NCBI GenBank assembly: GCA_047285535.1
Contig: JBJBDC010000001.1
Span: 2,496,136 to 2,560,135 of the forward strand
DNA from: Synechococcus sp.
GTDB lineage: Bacteria; Cyanobacteriota; Cyanobacteriia; PCC-6307; Cyanobiaceae
Length of the DNA stretch: 64,000 bases
Direction: 5' to 3'
Shown here: positions 49,727 through 59,407 of the stretch, one piece after another
Numbering within the stretch: the first letter of the stretch is position 1
Layout of the letters: every line of letters starts with the position of its first letter
The notes under the pieces: model-generated
Seen by the model: only the letters and a program-made list of their open reading frames with translations
Databases searched by the model: none
What the model was told of the DNA's origin: nothing
Position numbers and translations under genes: made by a program

Positions 49727-50629
49727 GCTAGCCTGAAGGTCATGATAAATGCCAGGGTAAATCTTATTTCCCGCCATTTTTTGGTTTACTAATTCTTTAA
49801 ATAAATTATGAACACGCCTCCCAAAATCAATTAAAATCATCAGTCTCCAGTTGCCGACTCATGCGCGCACCTTCTCTTTGTTAGCCATGTGCTGATGGCC
49901 AACTTTTACGCTCTGATAGTTGATTTTAAGGTCACTTTGTCCATGAGCTTTGCTGGACGAGATGAAGTCAAAGTGATGGCAGCTGATTCTCTCGGTGCCT
50001 TTGGCAGCACACCTCGCTAGGGGGGTATGCCCAATCGATCGCGCTCGCCTCGGCGTCAAGAAGGTTGATGCTTTTAACAATTAGTGGGGTGGCCTGCATC
50101 AGTTGAAAACGAGCGGCATTGCAAAGTTGAGTAAGCGGTTTGGCCTACCCAATATTTCTTGCCAATTGCAGTGCTAACATCCTCAAAAGCTCCCTAAATA
50201 AATCTAATCCGGCTTCTTTCTTTGCAGGTACGCTGTTAGCTGAAATCATCTTGACTATTTAAATTCGCTATCTGCGGTGGTCTTCCGTCAATTCTTAAAT
50301 AATTGTTGTACTCCTCAATCCCTAGGCTCATTCTGCTTCCGTGCTGATTGCGAGGTCTCGTATTCCCGCTTTCATTAATGTCAGTTTGCAATTAGAGGTG
50401 AATGCATCGTCTTGCCATCACGACGGAGCATCGCTGTTTGTGAGCGCAGGATTGAGAACTCAGGCGAGTGTCAGTTATTACTGATGCAAGCCTAGTCGTC
50501 GATTTTGTTTGCGTTCCCCAGCGCGAGCTTTGCGGCTATCTTCATAAATGTAGAAATCGGAGGTGCGGTGGTAACAGAGCAACTTCTGCACAAACATTGT
50601 GCTGATTTCTTCTTCCTTAGGTATCTCTG

Positions 50630-51202
50630 ATGCCTGCTGAGCTAATCCGCACCCCAATCCATGGCGTTTTTGAGTTGAGAAGTCAGCCTTTCACTGATGC
50701 ACGTGGTGCCTTCCTCAATGGATTCCGGGCCCAGGATGAAGCCTTTGTGGAGGCCTGGGGTGATCGGAGTATTGCTCAAGTAAATCTCAGTCGTACTGAG
50801 GCTGTGGGCGCAATCCGTGGGATCCATCTCCAAGCACAGCCATACAGCGAGGCCAAGCTGGTGCGTTGCCTAAAGGGCAGGGTTTGGGATGTTGCGGTAG
50901 ACCTACGGCCTGACTCCACCACCAGTGGACAGTGGCAAGCCGTCGAACTCACTCCTGATCGTTGCAATGCCTTGCTCATCCCTGAGGGTTGTGCCCATGG
51001 CTTCCAGGTCTTGCAGTCGGACAGTGAGTTGCTTTACTTGCATTCCGGTGCTTGGGTGCCGGAGGTGGAAATGGGAGTGCGTTGGAACGACCCCCAGCTG
51101 GCGATTCCATGGCCCTTGCCTCCAACGGAGCTGAGCGAGCGCGACCGTAGCCTGCCCATGTTGTCTGGCATGCACTTCACCCCTGACGCTCCCTGCCCAT
51201 GA
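50630..51202 (+). CDS. rfbC: NDP-4-keto-6-deoxyhexose 3,5-epimerase (RfbC/RmlC family)
   Basis: DARGAF, RGIHLQ, KLVRCL.G.VWDVAVDLR, IPEGCAHGFQ, WNDP.LAIPWP. Confidence 0.92.
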   Translation: MPAELIRTPIHGVFELRSQPFTDARGAFLNGFRAQDEAFVEAWGDRSIAQVNLSRTEAVGAIRGIHLQAQPYSEAKLVRCLKGRVWDVAVDLRPDSTTSGQWQAVELTPDRCNALLIPEGCAHGFQVLQSDSELLYLHSGAWVPEVEMGVRWNDPQLAIPWPLPPTELSERDRSLPMLSGMHFTPDAPCP

Positions 51203-52410
51203 CCCATGTCTGCCGCCACTGCGGATCGCTGCTTGAGCACACGGTGATCGACTTAGGGCATCAACCGCCCAGCAATGCTTATCTCACCCCCGATCAGTTG
51301 ACTAAGCCAGAAATCACTTATCCGCTCAAGGTGTTTGTAAGTACAGATTCTTGGCTAGTGCAGCTTCCGGCCCATGCAGCTGCTAACCAGCTTTTTACCG
51401 CCGACTATGCCTACTTCTCCAGCACCTCAGTCAGTTGGTGCGCCCACGCTGAGCGATTTGTAACGGCAGCAGTAGAGCGCCTTGGCCTTGGTCCCACCAG
51501 CCATGTTGTGGAATTGGCTTCAAACGATGGATACCTGCTGCAGTACGTGCAACAGAGAGGCATTCCTTGCCTGGGTATTGAGCCCACCCGAGCCACGGCA
51601 GAGGCTTCGCGAGAAAAAGGAATCGAGACAATCGAGCGTTTCTTCGGGTTGGCGATGGCTGACGAGTTGGAGCCAGCCGATCTGATTGTTGCCAACAACG
51701 TGCTCGCCCATGTGCCTGACATTAATGATTTTGTGGCTGGCATTGCTCGACTTCTCAAACCTCACGGCCGTGCCTCAATCGAGTTTCCTCATCTGCTGCG
51801 ACTTCTGGCTGGCAATCAATTCGACACGATTTATCATGAACATTACAGTTACCTAAGCCTAAGAGTCGTGCAGCGCATCGCTACAGCAGTAGGTCTGCAA
51901 GTAGTAGATGTTGAGCAGCTTTCTACCCATGGCGGCAGCTTGCGGGTCTGGCTAGCTCACCAGGGGTCTACGGAGGTAACTTCGGTAGTGGAAGAAGTGC
52001 TTTCAGCTGAATCTGCTGCGGGCCTTGAAACGCTAAGTGCTTATGCAGGATTTCAGCAACGAGCTGAGGTCGCGAAAAACTCTTTGCTGGAATTTCTGCT
52101 GAAGGCCAAACATCAGGGCCGCCGTGTACTGGGTTATGGAGCCGCAGCTAAGGGCAACACTTTGCTTAATTACGCCGGTATCCGTGCTGACCTCCTGCCT
52201 GCAGTTGTTGACCGTGCTTCCAGTAAGCAAGGTAAGTTCCTGCCCGGCAGCCACATTCCAGTAATTAGCCCAGAGCAGCTCATCACAGAGACTTACGACA
52301 CTCTTCTGGTGCTTCCTTGGAACCTGATCGATGAAGTACGAGAGCAATTCCCTGACAAAGATCTGGTTACAGCGATTCCAGAGTTGAGATATTGGCAAGG
52401 AGGTCATTGA
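51199..52410 (+). CDS. NDP-sugar C-3 methyltransferase (TylC3/NovU/TcaB9 family)
   Basis: CRHC, DLGHQPPSN, YAYFSS, ELASNDG, NNVLAHV, IYHEHYSY, THGGSLR, YGAAAKGNT, PWN. Confidence 0.9.
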   Translation: MTHVCRHCGSLLEHTVIDLGHQPPSNAYLTPDQLTKPEITYPLKVFVSTDSWLVQLPAHAAANQLFTADYAYFSSTSVSWCAHAERFVTAAVERLGLGPTSHVVELASNDGYLLQYVQQRGIPCLGIEPTRATAEASREKGIETIERFFGLAMADELEPADLIVANNVLAHVPDINDFVAGIARLLKPHGRASIEFPHLLRLLAGNQFDTIYHEHYSYLSLRVVQRIATAVGLQVVDVEQLSTHGGSLRVWLAHQGSTEVTSVVEEVLSAESAAGLETLSAYAGFQQRAEVAKNSLLEFLLKAKHQGRRVLGYGAAAKGNTLLNYAGIRADLLPAVVDRASSKQGKFLPGSHIPVISPEQLITETYDTLLVLPWNLIDEVREQFPDKDLVTAIPELRYWQGGH

Positions 52411-52411
52411 G

Positions 52412-53530
52412 ATGACTAACAGCGAGATTCGCAAGATCCCTTACACCAAGCCATCAATCACTGAACTGGAAGTTCAGTACGCCACTGATGCAGCAGCTAA
52501 CGGCTGGGGTGAACACTGTTACGACTACATCGTTCGCTTCGAAGAGGCTTTCAAGGACTACCTAGGCGTGAAGTACGCCATTGCCACCAGCAGTTGCACG
52601 GGTGCCCTGCACATGGGCATGCACGCCTTGGGTATCGGCTCTGGTGATGAAGTAATCATGGCTGATACCAATTGGATCGCTACCGCCGCACCGATCGCGC
52701 ACTTGGGGGCTTTGCCGGTCTTTGTAGATATCCTCCCTGACAGCTGGTGCCTGGATCCGCAACAAGTGGAAGCTGCGATAACCCCCAAGACCAAGGCGAT
52801 CGTGGCGGTGCATCTCTACGGAAACCTCTGTGACATGGATGCTTTGCAGACGATCAGTAAGCGCCACGGTATCCCCGTGATTGAAGATGCCGCTGAAGCT
52901 GTTGGCTCGATTTATCACGGAAAGCGTGCTGGGAGCATGGGTCGCTTTGGTGCTTTTTCATTTCATGGAACCAAGACGATCACCACTGGGGAGGGTGGCA
53001 TGTTCGTGACCAACGATCCAGATCTTTACGAGCAGGTGCTGACGCTCTCCAATCATGGGCGGGCGCGGGGGCAGATCAAACAGTTCTGGCCCGACATGGT
53101 GGGATTTAAATACAAGATGAGCAATATCCAGGCAGCGATTGGATGTGCTCAAATGGAAAGGATAGAAGCTCTTGTCGATGAAAAAAGATTTATTTTTGAA
53201 TCGTACTTGGCGCGGCTTTCAGAGCTGCCACTATCCCTGAATCCAGAGCCTCCTGGCTGCGTTAATGGATACTGGATGCCTACTATAGTTGCAAATAAAG
53301 ACGCTGAATTCGCCAGAGATAAAATTTTATCTCAAATGAGAGGCAATGGTATTGATGCGCGGGTATTTTTTTGGCCTCTATCTTCTTTGGAGATCGTTGG
53401 TAGAAAAGCATTTGACAGTCCTTATTTCTCCTATCAGGCTTCACGTCGCGGAGTTAATTTGCCGTCGTTTTTTGGTCTAAGCTTGCATGATATATCATTG
53501 ATTTCTGGTATCATTCTTGACCATTCTTGA
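52412..53530 (+). CDS. DegT-family sugar aminotransferase (perosamine synthase-like, C-4)
   Basis: SSCTGALH, VHLYGN, EDAAEA, FSFHGTKTITTGEGGM, GFKYKMSN, NLPS. Confidence 0.9.
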   Translation: MTNSEIRKIPYTKPSITELEVQYATDAAANGWGEHCYDYIVRFEEAFKDYLGVKYAIATSSCTGALHMGMHALGIGSGDEVIMADTNWIATAAPIAHLGALPVFVDILPDSWCLDPQQVEAAITPKTKAIVAVHLYGNLCDMDALQTISKRHGIPVIEDAAEAVGSIYHGKRAGSMGRFGAFSFHGTKTITTGEGGMFVTNDPDLYEQVLTLSNHGRARGQIKQFWPDMVGFKYKMSNIQAAIGCAQMERIEALVDEKRFIFESYLARLSELPLSLNPEPPGCVNGYWMPTIVANKDAEFARDKILSQMRGNGIDARVFFWPLSSLEIVGRKAFDSPYFSYQASRRGVNLPSFFGLSLHDISLISGIILDHS

Positions 53531-53533
53531 GTA

Positions 53534-54637
53534 ATGACTTCTAATCGAAAAAAGTTTTGCCAGGTTTGTGCGTCAGCTTCAATTAACGCTATTAATGTAA
53601 AGGGTCTAAGGAATCTTTGGTCTGACGACCTTTCGCAATCCTCTTTATTTCAATTCTTGATCTGCGAAAACTGCGGTTTTGTATGGAACGCTGATTATGG
53701 GGAATTTTCGTTTACACCTAAGTCTTACGACAATTACACCCCAATCTCCGATTCCGACCAGGAGGAAAAAATATTAGCTTTGAAAATTCGTCAGGCATTT
53801 TTTTCATTGGAGAAAAGCTTGACTCCTGTATTAAATATTATAGAAGTGGGTAGCGGCAGGCGGCTGGGCATGCTTAAAGAGTTGTCAAGCCTGTTTCCAG
53901 ATTCGTCATTTTTTGCTGTTGACCCGATACTTAATGGTCAACAATTTTTTGTTTCTCCTAGTCGCTCAATATCGCTATTGAAGAATTTATTTGATATTCC
54001 TTCCGCAGGCGAGTCCTTTAATGTTCTTATCTTTAGGAATTCGCTGGAGTATTTCCCCCCGTCAGAGCTTAAGAAAGTCTTTAATACGTTTTTCCAGAAT
54101 GAAGGGCTTTTGGTTTCAGAATTGACCTCAATAGATATTGCAAGGCAAGGATATTGTCATGCTTATTCTGAATGCTTAAACTTTTACAGGCCAAGTCATA
54201 TTTCTAGAATTATGTCTGAATGCAATATTAAGTCAATGCCGTTAGAGTCTTCTTTGATGCATGGTGCTGATAGGATGCTCTCAATAACAAGAATACTTTC
54301 TCCGGCTGATTCAAGTAAGACTTTTCTATACGATTCCGTGTACGATTTAATTCCTTCGCTCCAAAAGCATTCCTTGAAGGGCAACCCCTTGACTGTAATG
54401 TATGCCGCCGGAGGTCGTAATATTATGGCAATTCTAAATCACTTTGATGGTATTGTAGATGCCGTTTTTGATTCTGATCCTCGCAGGAAATCTTCTACGC
54501 TGCCATTCTCATTGTGTTTTGTCGAAAGAGATTCTATTCCCAGCTCCGCTAACATAGTATTGTTGAATTCTTCTTTTTTGGCTTCAGCCCGGAAGGTCTT
54601 TCCTGACAATTTGATTTTTGTTTTAACATCATCATGA
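53534..54637 (+). CDS. Divergent SAM-dependent methyltransferase-like protein
   Basis: CQVC...CENC Zn-type pairs, EVGSG SAM motif, NSLEY, YSECLNFY, YAAGGR, DSDP; same layout as C-methyltransferases but highly diverged. Confidence 0.6.
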   Translation: MTSNRKKFCQVCASASINAINVKGLRNLWSDDLSQSSLFQFLICENCGFVWNADYGEFSFTPKSYDNYTPISDSDQEEKILALKIRQAFFSLEKSLTPVLNIIEVGSGRRLGMLKELSSLFPDSSFFAVDPILNGQQFFVSPSRSISLLKNLFDIPSAGESFNVLIFRNSLEYFPPSELKKVFNTFFQNEGLLVSELTSIDIARQGYCHAYSECLNFYRPSHISRIMSECNIKSMPLESSLMHGADRMLSITRILSPADSSKTFLYDSVYDLIPSLQKHSLKGNPLTVMYAAGGRNIMAILNHFDGIVDAVFDSDPRRKSSTLPFSLCFVERDSIPSSANIVLLNSSFLASARKVFPDNLIFVLTSS

Positions 54638-55404
54638 TTCATCCAGATCTTCTTCGACTTCGCGAGTTGATTCTTGCTAAAAACTCACAATCTTTGATTC
54701 AGCAAGACAGCGGTCCATCTGTATTCAGGGGTCTTGGTGGAAATATAATTCTTGATAATTACGCTTATCAGTTTGATTGGCTTGGTAGGCCTGTAATACA
54801 GCTGCCCCAAGATATAGCTGCTTTTCAGGAGACGGTTTTTTCATCACATCCTGATTTGATTCTTGAAACTGGCATTGCCCATGGAGGGTCCCTTGTTCTT
54901 TCGGCATCAATGCTCTGTCTCCTCGATGTGATGGAAGGCCTCGATCCCCGCCAATCTTCACGCAAAGTCGTTGGAGTTGATATTGATATACGCCCCCACA
55001 ATCGCCAAGCCATTGATGAGCATCCCCTGCGCTTCAAGATGGAACTCATTGAGGGATCTTCGATAGATCCCGTCATCATTAAGCAAGTGCGCAGCCATGC
55101 TGATGGCGTTGAAAAGGTGTTGGTCTCTTTAGATTCTAATCACACACACGAGCATGTCCTCGCCGAGTTGAATGCCTATGCCGATCTGGTTTCCGTGGGC
55201 AGCTACTGCATCGTCTTCGATACTCTCATCGAGGATCTCCCGGCTGGGTCATTCCCTGATCGACCCTGGGATGTTGGTAATAATCCCAAAACTGCTGTTC
55301 ATGAATGGCTGAAGAGCCATCCAGAGTTTGAGATTGATAAAGATATTGACAACAAGTTGCTTATTAGCGTGGCTCCAGATGGTTATTTGAAACGGGTTGG
55401 TTAG
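54634..55404 (+). CDS. CmcI / rhamnosyl O-methyltransferase family protein
   Basis: WLGRPVIQLPQD, ETGIAHGGS, GVDIDIR, EGSS, LDSNHTHEHV, FDT, GNNPKTAV, PDGYL. Confidence 0.9.
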   Translation: MIHPDLLRLRELILAKNSQSLIQQDSGPSVFRGLGGNIILDNYAYQFDWLGRPVIQLPQDIAAFQETVFSSHPDLILETGIAHGGSLVLSASMLCLLDVMEGLDPRQSSRKVVGVDIDIRPHNRQAIDEHPLRFKMELIEGSSIDPVIIKQVRSHADGVEKVLVSLDSNHTHEHVLAELNAYADLVSVGSYCIVFDTLIEDLPAGSFPDRPWDVGNNPKTAVHEWLKSHPEFEIDKDIDNKLLISVAPDGYLKRVG

Positions 55405-55496
55405 CGGCTGCATGGCTGCACAGCTCTCAATTGTTAGTAGTTATTTTTCTTTGGAAATTAGAAGATCATTTTAAACTTCATCATGTTTCTTTTTAG

Positions 55497-56549
55497 GTGA
55501 ATAAAGTGGCTCCCAGGCTGACTCTTCTTTGTCCTACATACGAGCGACACCATTACCTTGAGCGCAGCTGCCGTTTTTGGGGTGATCGAAGTAATGTTTA
55601 TGTATTTTACGCGGACGGTTCAGATACGCCGCTGAAATCGAAAAGTATCAGTGCTAAAAATCTTTTATATCTTTATCAACCAATTAGCTATCAGCAGCGA
55701 GTTCTGAATATGTTAGATCAAGTGGAGACTCCCTATGTTTGTATGATGGGTGACGACGAGTTTTATATTCCTTCTTCTCTTGACTCGTGTGTTGAGTTCC
55801 TAGATACTCATCCTGATTATGTGGCTTGTATGGGACGAGCGCTTGGTTTTTCAAGCCGAAGTCATTGCGTTTTATTCCATCATCAATACCCATTGCTTGA
55901 AGGCAGGGATTTGGCATCGAACTTATCTTTTTCTCGATTAACAGAACATTTTTCACAATACGTGCCGGCTCATTGCTATGCGGTCACGCGTTCCGATGTT
56001 TTCAGAGATGCAATGACCAAGGCTCTCAATTGCAATTTGCATATATTTGCAATTTCCGAACTCATTGAAGAATTTATTGTTGTGACCAAAGGTAAAACCT
56101 GCGTTTTGCCAGAGCTTTACTGGCTTCGCTCGCATGAAGCGCCCCCTATTCGGAATACGGGGGATCTTTCGCTTGACCCAAGCAAGTGTTTCGATCATTG
56201 GTGGTTGAGTGAGGAGACTTCGGTTGTGGCCGAAAGACTCTCTTTCTGTGATGAGCTGGCGTTAGTCGCTGATGGTGTCCTAACCCTTGAAGAGGTTGAC
56301 AGCATTTTTGAGTGTTATGTCAAAAACTCATACAGCAGTCAGAGCTCTTTAGGCAGTCGAGCTCGTAACGCGATAATTAAGGCTGCCAAAGGTGTAGTCC
56401 CTAGGCCAATCGTGAATAAATTGAAAAGTATAAATTCACTAGTTAGTAGCGATGATGTCTTCAAAGATCTTAGTATCCAAGGTGTAGCGATTGACAAGGC
56501 GGGTCTGGCTGAATGCGTTGCAGCCATCGAAGCCAGTTGGAATCGCTAG
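55497..56549 (+). CDS. GT2-like glycosyltransferase (TIGR00180-like)
   Basis: PTYER, ADGS, TPYV..GDDEF, FL..HPDY..C.G, YAV.R, WLRS. Confidence 0.78.
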   Translation: MNKVAPRLTLLCPTYERHHYLERSCRFWGDRSNVYVFYADGSDTPLKSKSISAKNLLYLYQPISYQQRVLNMLDQVETPYVCMMGDDEFYIPSSLDSCVEFLDTHPDYVACMGRALGFSSRSHCVLFHHQYPLLEGRDLASNLSFSRLTEHFSQYVPAHCYAVTRSDVFRDAMTKALNCNLHIFAISELIEEFIVVTKGKTCVLPELYWLRSHEAPPIRNTGDLSLDPSKCFDHWWLSEETSVVAERLSFCDELALVADGVLTLEEVDSIFECYVKNSYSSQSSLGSRARNAIIKAAKGVVPRPIVNKLKSINSLVSSDDVFKDLSIQGVAIDKAGLAECVAAIEASWNR

Positions 56550-56636
56550 ATCAAGTCCAACTTAAGAAGAACTGCACTTTTATAATGCTAAATACTTCTT
56601 CCTGTTAATATACTTTTTAGTGTCTTCATTTTTTTG

Positions 56637-57662
56637 ATGGTCATAACTGCCGGTCTCGTTGGATGTGGTCGCATGGGGCGTCGTCATGTCGAAGTTATTT
56701 CACAGCTTGGCATCAGGCTATTGACAATAGCTGACCCTATTGACTCTGCTTGTCAATATATCGTGGAAGGCTGGCAAGGACCAAATCCCCCAGCCAAATT
56801 TTCTGATATTGATCAATTGCTGAGACATAGTGTTCCTGATCTTCTTGTGATCGCAACAACAGCGGATATGCATGCAGATCAAGCTCTTCAAGCTATAGAA
56901 GCCGGAGTAAAACTCATATTATTGGAGAAGCCTGTTGTTACATCATTAAGGCAATCTGTTGCTCTTCAGAAGGTTTCTACGCAAAAAGGGGCGCGCATCG
57001 CTGTGAATCATCAGATGCGCTTTCTGCCTCAATACACAATTCCCAAGAATCTTCTTTTCTCAGATGCTTATGGCGGCTTCAAATCAATGCATGTTGCCGC
57101 TGGCAACTTTGGATTGGCTATGAATGGAACCCATTATTTTGAAGCTTTCCGTTTTCTTTCTTCTGAAGGACCTCTCAGCATCTCTGCTTGGTTTGATTCG
57201 GAATCACTTCCTAATCCCCGAGGACTACAGTTTCAGGATGTATCTGGAAGCATTAGAGTTATTACGGCTTCGGGTCATCGTCTTTATCTTGATGCCTCAG
57301 CAGATCAAGGTCATGGCATGCAAGTCACATACATGGCACGGAATGGAAGAATCACTGTAGATGAACTGACTGGTGTTATGAAGTCAGTCGTTCGTGTCGC
57401 AGAAAATCGTGAGGCTCCCACTAGTCGCTACGGGATGCCATTCGAAATTTCGGATCAACAGATCCCTGCAGTTGAACTTGTTGAGTCTACAAAGGGAGTT
57501 CTCAAGGCATTGCTTGCTGGCGAGAACTATCCCACCCTCGCCGATGCCACATTTGCGGTGAAAACTCTTGTGGCTGCCTATCACTCTCATCGCCAGGGCG
57601 GTGCAGTTGTCCATTTGGCTGACGTTGCCGATGATGATCTTGAAGTTTTCCCTTGGGCATGA
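56637..57662 (+). CDS. Gfo/Idh/MocA family oxidoreductase
   Basis: VGCGRMGRRH, ATTADMH, LEKP, NHQMRF, NGTHY. Confidence 0.88.
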   Translation: MVITAGLVGCGRMGRRHVEVISQLGIRLLTIADPIDSACQYIVEGWQGPNPPAKFSDIDQLLRHSVPDLLVIATTADMHADQALQAIEAGVKLILLEKPVVTSLRQSVALQKVSTQKGARIAVNHQMRFLPQYTIPKNLLFSDAYGGFKSMHVAAGNFGLAMNGTHYFEAFRFLSSEGPLSISAWFDSESLPNPRGLQFQDVSGSIRVITASGHRLYLDASADQGHGMQVTYMARNGRITVDELTGVMKSVVRVAENREAPTSRYGMPFEISDQQIPAVELVESTKGVLKALLAGENYPTLADATFAVKTLVAAYHSHRQGGAVVHLADVADDDLEVFPWA

Positions 57663-58354
57663 ACGTTGATTCTGAGCCTGAGGATGCCATTCTCTTTTCA
57701 GAAAGCTACCTACATTGGATAACGAGGGCTGGAGCTAGTAATGGCTGGTTCCAGCTTGATGCAGTCCTGGAGGTGATCCCTGCCGGAACCACGGCACAGT
57801 TCCAATATGTGCTTGCAGCCGGAGTGCCTGCTGGTCGAATGTACGCAACCTCAGGTCCATTACTCCGTCAGCCTCCTTATAGCTTTCAGATGATCACTGG
57901 GCTGAATGAACACACAATTCTGAGGCGTGAATTGTTTACATCAAATCCTTCCCAAGTCGCTGATACTAGTGATTTCCATTCTAAACAATTTCATAGTGTC
58001 GACTGGCACATAACTACCATGCCAGCTATCCGTCTTAAACCTAATTCAGTTCCCAAACTTGCTGGTCAATCAGCTAAGAATATATTGCTCGAATATCACG
58101 TGCATGGATCAGTTCTCCGCTTGGAAGCACCACTTCGACATTGGAACTACCGGGCGGATCCAGAGGCTTGGCAAATAGAGACAGGCCCTCTACTGTGGCC
58201 CCTCAGAATTAAAGATCTTTTGTACTCGCCGCAGAGCTCCGGTCTCACTACAGCATGGTTGCATGCCAACAAAGATAATCGGATCACTATCAGTGGCGAT
58301 CGGTTGGCAGCCCAAGAAATTGAAGCCCAGCTTTATCTTTTGGAAACTATCTGA
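57659..58354 (+). CDS. Hypothetical protein
   Basis: About 231 aa ORF, ATGA-coupled to the upstream gene and 5 nt from the downstream gene; no motif recognised. Confidence 0.75.
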   Translation: MNVDSEPEDAILFSESYLHWITRAGASNGWFQLDAVLEVIPAGTTAQFQYVLAAGVPAGRMYATSGPLLRQPPYSFQMITGLNEHTILRRELFTSNPSQVADTSDFHSKQFHSVDWHITTMPAIRLKPNSVPKLAGQSAKNILLEYHVHGSVLRLEAPLRHWNYRADPEAWQIETGPLLWPLRIKDLLYSPQSSGLTTAWLHANKDNRITISGDRLAAQEIEAQLYLLETI

Positions 58355-58359
58355 TTGAT

Positions 58360-59322
58360 ATGTTGACTCCTGTTCGCGTTGCTGTAATTGGTGCTGGTTA
58401 CATGGCCAGTGAGCACTTGCGTGCCTTTGATGCTTGCCCTGATGTTCAGCTCGTTGGTATCCACAGTCGCAGCATGGAGCGTGCTCAGGATTTAGCTAAG
58501 CGCTATCCGGGCATGAAAGTTATGGCGACTGTTGATGAGCTTTACGAGTCGACTGTTGCAGATTTAGTTGTGGTCGCTGTACCAGAGCTGGCTTGCAGAG
58601 CAGTTTGCGAGAATGCTTTTCAGTATCCCTGGGCACTATTGGTGGAGAAGCCTGTAGGTCATACGCTTTTAGAAGCTCTTGAAATTGAGCAATTGGCTAA
58701 TAGTCGTGAGACAAAAGTTTATGTTGCTTTGAATCGCCGCTTTTACGGCTCGACTCTTCAGCTACAACATTCACTTCTTGAAACAGAGTCTCCGCGATTT
58801 GTTACAGTTCTAGATCAGGAGGATTCGATAGGTGCTTTGGCTGCCGGCCAGCCTATTGAGGTTGTTAATCACTGGATGTATGCCAACTCAATTCACCTGA
58901 TCGACTATTTCTCTCAGCTTTGTCGAGGAAAGCATGTGGCAACTGAGGTCATGACTCCCTGGAATCCCTCGGATCCTGGCCCCGTGATTGCCCACCTTCA
59001 GTTCAGCTCAGGTGATGTAGGTCTTTACCAGGCTGTATGGAATGCACCGGGCCCCTGGAGTGTTGCGGTAAGTACTTCTTCGCTGCGTGCCGAGCTTCGG
59101 CCGCTTGAGCAGCTGAGTCTGCAACTGGCGGGCTCGCGTCAGGCCCAACTCCAACCGGTCGATCACCTCGATCAGCAGTACAAGCCAGGGCTGCTGCGTC
59201 AAGCTGAGAGCGCCATCCTGACTGTTCGCGGCCAGCAAACCAATATTCCCAGCCTGGCAGAAGCCAACCGCAGCATGGCTTTAGTTGCTTCGATTTATGG
59301 GTTAGGAGGTAAAGCAGCCTGA
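58360..59322 (+). CDS. Gfo/Idh/MocA family oxidoreductase
   Basis: IGAGYMA.EH, VEKPVG, NRRFY, NSIHLID, KPG. Confidence 0.88.
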   Translation: MLTPVRVAVIGAGYMASEHLRAFDACPDVQLVGIHSRSMERAQDLAKRYPGMKVMATVDELYESTVADLVVVAVPELACRAVCENAFQYPWALLVEKPVGHTLLEALEIEQLANSRETKVYVALNRRFYGSTLQLQHSLLETESPRFVTVLDQEDSIGALAAGQPIEVVNHWMYANSIHLIDYFSQLCRGKHVATEVMTPWNPSDPGPVIAHLQFSSGDVGLYQAVWNAPGPWSVAVSTSSLRAELRPLEQLSLQLAGSRQAQLQPVDHLDQQYKPGLLRQAESAILTVRGQQTNIPSLAEANRSMALVASIYGLGGKAA

Positions 59323-59407
59323 TTTGTATGACCTAGATTATTTAACTCAAACCTCAGTTGGAAGAACCCAGCTTCGCAACTTCCCATCATAACTTATCGC
59401 TGTTTCA

